From an uncultured Bacteroidales bacterium (GTDB lineage Bacteria; Bacteroidota; Bacteroidia; Bacteroidales; JALTDM01): DNA of 64,000 nucleotides. Shown in pieces: positions 57,304 to 64,000 of this stretch. The notes below the pieces were generated by a model that searched no databases, was not told where the DNA came from, and was given only the letters and a program-made list of their open reading frames with translations. Made by a program: the position numbers and the translations under genes. Every line of letters begins with the position of its first letter. The stretch's first letter is position 1. Where the stretch lies: the NCBI GenBank assembly GCA_964421355.1, contig CAYQWX010000003.1, forward strand, positions 2,534 to 66,533, written 5' to 3'.

Positions 57304-57507
57304 GAAATGACATCGCAACCTAATTAACAGTAAGTAAAGGGAGGTTGTTATCTGCTTTAGCAAACGCAATAATAAGGTTCGGTACTAGTTTGTTATTATA
57401 GGTAGTATCCCCGAAATAAATATGAAAATAACTAAATCATTTGTAATAAGTGTGGTTTTTTTATCTTAAAAATTGTTCCGAATATATTGATTCCCAAAAA
57501 TTAAAAT

Positions 57508-58089
57508 TTACTTATTATTTTTTAGAAAAAATTCTTCATAAATAACTTCCAACTGCTCGTAGAAATCATTACCAAACATTCTTTTTAGAGGAACTTCTAA
57601 AAACTTAAACAATGGTGTTTTTTCTTTTTTCCCTTTTATTAAAGCAGCCTTACATATAGAACGTTCATCATAATTTACAGCAAAAAACTCTTCATATTCC
57701 TTTATGCGAACAGGATAAAGATGACATGATATTGGCTTTATAAAATCAATTTCATTATTGAGGTATGCTTTTTCAAAAGCACACTTAACTATACCTTTTT
57801 CGTCATAATAAGCATACACACATTCCCTATTATTTATAGTTGGAGTAACTAAATCTCCATCATAATCTGTAATGTAAAGTCCTTGTTTCTCTATCTCTGA
57901 AATAGCTTGTAGAGGTAAATATTTTTTTATGATAGGATAAACTTTTCCCATCAGTTTTGCCTCCTCTTCTGTAAGAGGTGCTCCGGAATCGCCGTCCACA
58001 CAACAAATTCCTTTGCATTTATCCAAATTACACACGAAATTCACTTCGAACAAATCATCTGAAATAATTTTATCGTCTATTTGAAACAT
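57508..58089 (-). CDS. Cys-rich DUF3109-like protein
   Basis: 193 aa with CNLDKCKGICC, plus further Cys at CVYAY, KCAF and SCHLYP. Family assignment is from memory. Confidence 0.55.
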   Translation of the reverse strand: MFQIDDKIISDDLFEVNFVCNLDKCKGICCVDGDSGAPLTEEEAKLMGKVYPIIKKYLPLQAISEIEKQGLYITDYDGDLVTPTINNRECVYAYYDEKGIVKCAFEKAYLNNEIDFIKPISCHLYPVRIKEYEEFFAVNYDERSICKAALIKGKKEKTPLFKFLEVPLKRMFGNDFYEQLEVIYEEFFLKNNK

Positions 58090-58123
58090 TTTTATTCCTA
58101 AATTTTTTTAAGAAAAGATTTAC

Positions 58124-58648
58124 TTATCCGAAGTATTTTCTGCTTAAATGCATCATTTTTATTAAGGCAATTGCTCCTTCCACCCCTTTGTTCCCCAACT
58201 TTCCTCCTGCTCTGTCTTTAGCCTGCTGGTAAGTGTCAGTAGTAAGCACACTGAAAATTATTGGTGTTTTTTGCAAATTATCTATACTAAAAGCACTTTC
58301 ATTATTATCTCTTACTGCCGCATTTAATTTTGCAATACCGTAAGTTACTCCTTGTGCAATAAAATCAAAATGAGGAGTTTCTCCTCTTATTATTGCACCA
58401 ATAGCAATCACGCCATCTACTCTTCCACTGACAGCCAAGGCTTTACTTCCAAAGATTAGTTCAAAAGAACCGGGAACATATTCCACAGTTATATCAAAAA
58501 CACCATGCTTTTTTAATGTCTCAATGGCTCCATCAAGCAAAGCTCCTGTTATTTCATCATTCCACTCAGCAACAACAATTCCTACTCTAAACCCACGGGC
58601 AGAAGGTATTTTATCTTTATCGTAATTGGATAAATTTCGGGTTGACAT
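58124..58648 (-). CDS. ribH: 6,7-dimethyl-8-ribityllumazine synthase
   Basis: Motifs VPGSFELIFG, GAIIRGETPHFDF and NKGVEGA. Confidence 0.9.
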   Translation of the reverse strand: MSTRNLSNYDKDKIPSARGFRVGIVVAEWNDEITGALLDGAIETLKKHGVFDITVEYVPGSFELIFGSKALAVSGRVDGVIAIGAIIRGETPHFDFIAQGVTYGIAKLNAAVRDNNESAFSIDNLQKTPIIFSVLTTDTYQQAKDRAGGKLGNKGVEGAIALIKMMHLSRKYFG

Positions 58649-58649
58649 T

Positions 58650-59351
58650 TTAGATTTTATCTTTACCTAATTTCACTTTTACCCTTGCAATATATTTTTT
58701 TATTATTCTATGTTCAGCAGAATGTGGATATTCCTTTTTTATAGTTTGATAAAGATTCAATGCTTTTTCATTATCACCAAGTAACTCATTCATCAATCCA
58801 GCTTTTAATAAAAATGTAGGTGTTGTAAATTCATTTTTATGTTCTGTAGCAGCTTTTTCATAATATTTTGCGGCATCTTCATTTTTACCCATATTAGCAT
58901 AGGCATCTCCTATTGCTCCCAATGCCATACTTGACACCATTAAATCATCGCTATCAAAATCTTTCAATAAATCTATTGCTTTTTCGTAGTTGCCTAATTT
59001 CAAGTTAGAAATACCTGCATAATAATGAGCTAAATTACCTGCTTTAGTGCTACCATATTCATCTATTATATCATAAAATCCCATGTAATTACCATCACCA
59101 TTCAAGGCTAACTTAAAAGAATCTTTTTCAAAATATCTTACTGCCATAAACATTTGAGACTGTGCTTCTTTTTCCAACGGCTGCCAATAATATTTTTTAA
59201 GAGCCATAAATATTAAAGCAACGCCTAATACAATAGTAATTACCCAACTTAATACTTTTTTATTTCTTTCAATAAACTGTTCCGACTTTGTTAAAGTCTC
59301 TTCTATTGTTTCAAAACTGTCTTCGTGTTTAAGTTTTTCCTTTTTTGACAT
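58650..59351 (-). CDS. membrane-anchored TPR protein (YfgM-like)
   Basis: One TM segment (VLSWVITIVLGVALIFMAL) followed by TPR-like repeats. The start is ambiguous between ATGs at 59351 and 59375 and a TTG at 59390. Confidence 0.6.
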   Translation of the reverse strand: MSKKEKLKHEDSFETIEETLTKSEQFIERNKKVLSWVITIVLGVALIFMALKKYYWQPLEKEAQSQMFMAVRYFEKDSFKLALNGDGNYMGFYDIIDEYGSTKAGNLAHYYAGISNLKLGNYEKAIDLLKDFDSDDLMVSSMALGAIGDAYANMGKNEDAAKYYEKAATEHKNEFTTPTFLLKAGLMNELLGDNEKALNLYQTIKKEYPHSAEHRIIKKYIARVKVKLGKDKI

Positions 59352-59382
59352 ATTCCTTTTATCTTTTTTAATCATTAAATAA

Positions 59383-59742
59383 TTAAACAATCATATTTCC
59401 AAACCATTTTTGGAACAGATCCCCTATCAGAGGCAAATATTTCATTTCCTTGTTTATTGCATTTATCAATCCTAATAACCATAGGACAAATAATCCTAAT
59501 TCTCCAATAAATGCAAGAATCCCAATAATAGGTATTCTAGCAAAAATAGACAAACCAATACCAAACAGCATTAATCCTAACATTTCTCTTAAATGGAATG
59601 CTCCAAGTTGAGTTTTTTTATTAGAATGCATAATAAGGGCAATAATCCAACCTATAATAGTTATATAAGCTATTATAGCAACCGTATTGTCTTCATTTGA
59701 TTTTACATTGTTAACTTGTGGATTAGTGCCTGCATTTTCCAT
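59383..59742 (-). CDS. small integral membrane protein (DUF4870-like)
   Basis: 119 aa with 3 hydrophobic segments. Confidence 0.5.
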   Translation of the reverse strand: MENAGTNPQVNNVKSNEDNTVAIIAYITIIGWIIALIMHSNKKTQLGAFHLREMLGLMLFGIGLSIFARIPIIGILAFIGELGLFVLWLLGLINAINKEMKYLPLIGDLFQKWFGNMIV

Positions 59743-59764
59743 AACGATAATATTTTTTGTGGTG

Positions 59765-59772
59765 CAAAGATA
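59765..59772 (-). promoter_or_regulatory. Bacteroidota -7 promoter box (TAnnTTTG)
   Basis: TATCTTTG on the minus strand, 22 nt upstream of the ATG at 59742. Confidence 0.4.
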
Positions 59773-59797
59773 TTATATTTTGATTAAAAAATATCTT

Positions 59798-60763
59798 TTA
59801 ATAAAAAAAGAGTTTAGATTTTTTATATCCGTTTATAAAAGCTCTATTATCCATTGCCTTTTTTGAAGCAAGTTTTATTTCAATAGGAACTATATAACCA
59901 TCTGTTGTTGCTATATGTAATATTCCGTTTTCTATCTTTATTTCACCAGACATTATATTTTTATCTTTACCGTAAATAGCAGAGGCATATAATATTTTTG
60001 CTTCTGTTTCTTTTTCGTTTATTTTAATATTACTCCATGCCCCCGGATACGGACTTAGCCCCCTTATAAAATTATATATTTGTTGTGTGTTATTTTTCCA
60101 ATTTATCTTACAATCTTCTTTAAAAATTTTTGGTGCAAACTTTATTTCGGACAAACTAATCTCATCTTGAGGAATAGGAATTATATCTCCATTCATTATT
60201 TTATCTACCGTTTTCTCCAAAAGCTCGGCTCCTGTTTCCATCAACTTATCATGAAGGCTTCCTGCAGTTTCCTCTGGAGAAATATTTACTTTTTCTTGCA
60301 ACAATATATTCCCGGTATCAATATTTTCATTTATAAAAAAAGTAGTTACTCCCGTTTCTTTTTCACCATTTATTATAGCCCAATTTATAGGTGCCGCACC
60401 TCTATAATTAGGGAGTAACGATGCATGTAAATTTATCGTTCCATACGGAGGAAACTGCCACACCTCTTTTGGAAGCATTCTAAAAGCCACCACTATTATA
60501 AGGTGTGGATTAAGCTCTTTTATATCTCTCACAAAATCTGGATTCTTTAATTTTTGAGGTTGCAATATTGGCAAATTATATTTTTGTGCAGTTTTTTTAA
60601 CCTCACTTTCTTTTATTTTCAGCCCTCGCCCTGCCTTTTTATCAGGAGCTGTTACCACTCCTACTATATTATAATCGTGTTTTAGCAAATATTCTAAATT
60701 GTAAGCGGCAAAATAAGGTGTCCCCATAAAAAGTATGCGAAAATCATTTTTTCTCATAAGCAT
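59798..60763 (-). CDS. fmt: methionyl-tRNA formyltransferase
   Basis: Motifs ILFMGTPYFA and HASLLPNYRGAAPINWAIING. Confidence 0.9.
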   Translation of the reverse strand: MLMRKNDFRILFMGTPYFAAYNLEYLLKHDYNIVGVVTAPDKKAGRGLKIKESEVKKTAQKYNLPILQPQKLKNPDFVRDIKELNPHLIIVVAFRMLPKEVWQFPPYGTINLHASLLPNYRGAAPINWAIINGEKETGVTTFFINENIDTGNILLQEKVNISPEETAGSLHDKLMETGAELLEKTVDKIMNGDIIPIPQDEISLSEIKFAPKIFKEDCKINWKNNTQQIYNFIRGLSPYPGAWSNIKINEKETEAKILYASAIYGKDKNIMSGEIKIENGILHIATTDGYIVPIEIKLASKKAMDNRAFINGYKKSKLFFY

Positions 60764-61379
60764 CTTTCCTCTTTTTACTAAAAAATATTTTGGATTCCGT
60801 TCCCGTAAGTAAGCGTTTTATATTTGAACGATGAGTATATATCACAAGAAAAAATATAAAAATGAAAAAAATAAGTAAAGGATAGTTCAAATCAGATTTA
60901 TGTGTGAAATAATATATTATAGGTAACGCCAACCCTGACAAAATAGAACTTAATGATATATAATTGGTTATCGCAAAAGTTAATACAAAAACTATAAGCG
61001 TATATAACACAGTAATTGGCGATAAAGCTATCACTACTCCAAGTAAAGTAGCAATTCCTTTACCTCCTCTGAATTTTGCAAATAATGGAAATATATGACC
61101 AACTACAGCCAATAACCCCAATATTATTTTAGTTGGTATTGGCAACCATGTTAAATTAAAAATATTATACAATTCTACAGCCAACAGCCCTTTGCCTACA
61201 TCTATTAAGAGGACAGGAATAGCAATTTTCCAACCAAGCACTCTAAATGTATTTGTTGCACCAGCATTTCCACTCCCATAATCTCTTACATCTATCCCCT
61301 TTGTTAATTTACCAACCATTACTGCAGAAGGAATAGAACCCAACAAATATGATAAAAGAAAAGATAAATAAGGAATCAT
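60744..61379 (-). CDS. plsY: glycerol-3-phosphate acyltransferase PlsY
   Basis: Motifs GSGNAGATN and FRGGKGIAT. Five or six TM segments. Confidence 0.9.
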   Translation of the reverse strand: MIPYLSFLLSYLLGSIPSAVMVGKLTKGIDVRDYGSGNAGATNTFRVLGWKIAIPVLLIDVGKGLLAVELYNIFNLTWLPIPTKIILGLLAVVGHIFPLFAKFRGGKGIATLLGVVIALSPITVLYTLIVFVLTFAITNYISLSSILSGLALPIIYYFTHKSDLNYPLLIFFIFIFFLVIYTHRSNIKRLLTGTESKIFFSKKRKDAYEKK

Positions 61380-61401
61380 AAATCTATTTTTGATTTTCTT
61401 G

Positions 61402-61409
61402 CAAAGTTA
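61402..61409 (-). promoter_or_regulatory. Bacteroidota -7 promoter box (TAnnTTTG)
   Basis: TAACTTTG on the minus strand, 22 nt upstream of the plsY ATG at 61379. Confidence 0.4.
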
Positions 61410-61449
61410 ATACAACAAATCTTTAATACTTGTAATAAAAAATATTTTT

Positions 61450-61457
61450 TATCTTTG
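61450..61457 (+). promoter_or_regulatory. Bacteroidota -7 promoter box (TAnnTTTG)
   Basis: TATCTTTG, 28 nt upstream of the ATG at 61486. Divergent to the plsY box. Confidence 0.4.
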
Positions 61458-61485
61458 CTTTTTGAAAAAAACTGATTTTAATATT

Positions 61486-63141
61486 ATGAAAAAGCCATTA
61501 TTATTTATTGGTATCGTTTTTCTTATTGCTCTTGGGAACAATATATATGCCCAAAAAAAAGAAGGAAAAGAAAATAAAAAGTCTCCATATTCATTAAAAA
61601 TGGCTAATGCTTGGCTATTATATTCCAATGATGATTATTATGGTGCATTAAGAGAATACAGAAAGTTATATAAGGATTATAAAAATGATGCAAACTTAAA
61701 TTTCAGAATAGGAGAATGCTTGATAAAAATATATAAAATGGATTCTGCCTTATTCCATTTGAAAAAAGCAGTAGAAAAAGATACCAACATTTCAAAAGAA
61801 GCCTATTTATCATTAGGACGAGCCTACCACTATTTAGGAGATATAGATAATGCATTAAAATACTATAACGAATATAAATCAAAACTCAAGAAAAGAAAAC
61901 AGTACGAAAGAACCTATGTAAATCGTTTAATAAAACAATGTTACACTGCAAAAGACTTAATGAACAATCCAGTAAATGTTAGAATCATAAATATGGGAAC
62001 AGCAATAAATAGTAAATATACAGATGCTAATCCTTATATTTCTGGAGATGGAAGTATCTTTGTTTTTACTTCCAGAAGACCTGAAAATGTAGGAGGCAAA
62101 ATAGACCCTGCCACAGATGAATATTATGACGACATATATATATCAACATTTAATGAAGAAACAGGAGAATGGTCTCCTGCAAAAAATATAGGACCTCCTA
62201 TAAACACAGAATACCATGATGCAGACTTAAGTATTACTTTTGATGGGAAAAAAATCTTGATATATAAAAATGTAGAAGGTGTTACTCGGAGCGGAGACAT
62301 ATATTATTCCACTATCAAAGAAGATGGCTCATGGACAACTCCTAAACCCTTTGGTAATAAATACATAAACTCATCTTATTTCGAAAGCTCTGCCTGCTTA
62401 ACGGCAGACGAAAAAACATTATATTTTGTAAGTGAACGGGAACGCGGAGGATTTGGACACGGCGACATATATGTTTCACATTATGTAAACGGTGAATGGA
62501 CCAAACCTGATAACCTAGGACCTGTAGTTAATTCCGAATATGACGAAATTGGTGTATATATTCATCCCGACGGGAAAACCTTATTTTTTAGTTCCGATGG
62601 ACACAATACAATGGGAGGACATGACATCTTTATGACCACCAAAAAAGACGACGGTTCATGGACAACTCCTATAAATATGGGGTACCCAATAAACACAACA
62701 AGAGAAGAAATTCATTTTGTTTTCACTACAGATAGAAAAACAGCCTATTTATCAAGTTCCCGTCCAGGTGGATATGGTAAAATGGATATTTACAAAGTAG
62801 ATATGCGGTATTACTTTAAATCTAATAAAGATTTAACACCAGAACTTGCTAAAAAAATATCAGGACCTCCTCTTTCCATTATAAAAGGAAAAATAATAGA
62901 TGCACAAACCAAAAAACCTGTTCAAGTTACAATTTCCATTAAAAATACCAATACAGGTAAAACTTATATACTACGTTCTAAAGCCACAGGAGATTACATG
63001 GCAACCTTGCCTGCAAATAACAAGTATGAATTAACCATCGTTGACAAAAAATACAAACCTGTAACAATGAAATTCAAACTTATAGAAGGTAAAGACAAGA
63101 CCTATATATTAATAAAACACATTTTCCTTAATAAAAAATAA
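61486..63141 (+). CDS. TPR + PD40 (TolB-like beta-propeller) repeat protein with CarboxypepD_reg-like C-terminal domain
   Basis: Signal peptide starts at the ATG at 61486, with a -7 box at 61450-61457. TPR region, repeated PIN(S/T)xYxDxxPxISxDGKxLxFxS units, and a C-terminal IKGKIIDAQTKKPV beta-sandwich-like tail. Confidence 0.7.
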   Translation: MKKPLLFIGIVFLIALGNNIYAQKKEGKENKKSPYSLKMANAWLLYSNDDYYGALREYRKLYKDYKNDANLNFRIGECLIKIYKMDSALFHLKKAVEKDTNISKEAYLSLGRAYHYLGDIDNALKYYNEYKSKLKKRKQYERTYVNRLIKQCYTAKDLMNNPVNVRIINMGTAINSKYTDANPYISGDGSIFVFTSRRPENVGGKIDPATDEYYDDIYISTFNEETGEWSPAKNIGPPINTEYHDADLSITFDGKKILIYKNVEGVTRSGDIYYSTIKEDGSWTTPKPFGNKYINSSYFESSACLTADEKTLYFVSERERGGFGHGDIYVSHYVNGEWTKPDNLGPVVNSEYDEIGVYIHPDGKTLFFSSDGHNTMGGHDIFMTTKKDDGSWTTPINMGYPINTTREEIHFVFTTDRKTAYLSSSRPGGYGKMDIYKVDMRYYFKSNKDLTPELAKKISGPPLSIIKGKIIDAQTKKPVQVTISIKNTNTGKTYILRSKATGDYMATLPANNKYELTIVDKKYKPVTMKFKLIEGKDKTYILIKHIFLNKK

Positions 63142-63149
63142 ATTAACTC

Positions 63150-63878
63150 ATGAAAAAACGAATGCTATTAATTAGTAATTCCACAATGGCAGGTGAGCCA
63201 TATCTGTATTACACAAAACCTTTTATTAAAGAATTTTTTAAAGAGATAAACTTTACACCTGACAACAAAAATATAATATTTATACCTTACGCTGCAGTTA
63301 CATTTAGTTTTGACAAATATGTTAATAATGTAAACAAAGCATTATCAGAATTAAATATAAAAGTAAAAGGAATACAGAACTACAACAATCCTAAAAAAGC
63401 TATTGAAGATGCAGACATGATAATTGTAGGAGGTGGAAACACATGGCAACTTATCAAAATGTTACAAGACAATAAACTATTGGAACCAATAAAGAAAAAA
63501 GTAGAAGAAGGCATACCATACATAGGTTGGAGTGCAGGAAGCAATGTTGCTTGTCCTACTATAAAAACCACCAACGACATGCCAATAGTAGAACCAAAAA
63601 ACTTTAATGCAATAGGTCTAATTAATTTTCAGATAAATCCACACTATTTAGACGCAAATCCTAAAAATTTTGGAGGCGAAACAAGAGAACAACGTATAAA
63701 AGAATTTTTGGAAGCAAATAAAAACACTACGGTAGTTGGATTAAGAGAAGGGACCATGCTGTATGTGTCTGGAAACAAAGAAATTATACTATGGGGGAAT
63801 AAGAATGCACGAATATTTAAACATGGAAATGAGCCAAAAGAAATAGTTCCTAATCAAAATTTACTCATATTTTTATAA
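63150..63878 (+). CDS. pepE: dipeptidase E (peptidase S51)
   Basis: Motifs IIVGGGNTWQL, GWSAGSNV and INPHY. Confidence 0.8.
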   Translation: MKKRMLLISNSTMAGEPYLYYTKPFIKEFFKEINFTPDNKNIIFIPYAAVTFSFDKYVNNVNKALSELNIKVKGIQNYNNPKKAIEDADMIIVGGGNTWQLIKMLQDNKLLEPIKKKVEEGIPYIGWSAGSNVACPTIKTTNDMPIVEPKNFNAIGLINFQINPHYLDANPKNFGGETREQRIKEFLEANKNTTVVGLREGTMLYVSGNKEIILWGNKNARIFKHGNEPKEIVPNQNLLIFL

Positions 63879-64000
63879 AATAAAAATTGAAAAATACTGT
63901 TATAAAAATAAAATTGAATGGCTTTTTGTTTGGTAGATTAAAAAAAAATGATTTACTTTACGGCGGGAAAACAATGTTTTGTGTTAAAAAACATCATCAT

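Noticed and set aside
1-64000. Searched by eye for CRISPR arrays, tRNA/rRNA/tmRNA-like GC-rich segments, transposases, integrases, phage genes and toxin-antitoxin or restriction-type defence genes.
   Set aside because: No spaced direct-repeat array was seen. No intergenic segment had tRNA-like arms. No ORF had DDE, tyrosine-recombinase or phage hallmarks. A proper tRNAscan/Infernal/CRISPR scan is still advisable.

Overview
A 64-kb chromosomal segment from a very AT-rich Bacteroidota genome. Supporting traits: no Shine-Dalgarno sequences, TAnnTTTG -7 promoter boxes, T9SS C-terminal sorting domains and SprB/PKD/CHU_C modules. I call 53 protein-coding genes, tightly packed with many 1-4 nt start/stop overlaps. 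I found no tRNA, rRNA, CRISPR array, transposase or integrase. Most genes are housekeeping: mnmA, cmk, lpxK, uvrB, typA, sufS, kdsA, ribH, fmt, plsY, pepE, citrate synthase, aconitase, and a MoxR plus parvulin chaperone cluster. Four regions deserve a second look. (1) 48.3-49.5 kb holds a diverged ~590-bp tandem duplication across the junction of an AsmA-like and a ChaN-like gene. It has produced an intact chimeric 192-aa ORF combining the ChaN leader with the AsmA 11-mer-repeat tail. (2) 42.2-46.2 kb is a seven-gene minus-strand operon: ExbB, a 4-TM protein, two ExbD genes and three paralogous small outer-membrane beta-barrel-like proteins. It has no TonB-type gene. (3) 26.4-36.1 kb holds three tandem giant paralogs with type-B (CHU_C) T9SS C-terminal domains. 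They share a ~350-aa C-terminal block but have unrelated N-terminal heads (CUB-like plus P-domain, MAM-like, Cys/Asp-rich motif), and no adjacent PorP/SprF partner gene. (4) Two further T9SS type-A cargo genes: a secreted endonuclease I, and a BNR-propeller/PKD/CUB-like protein. All functional calls come from reading motifs in the supplied translations. No database search was run.
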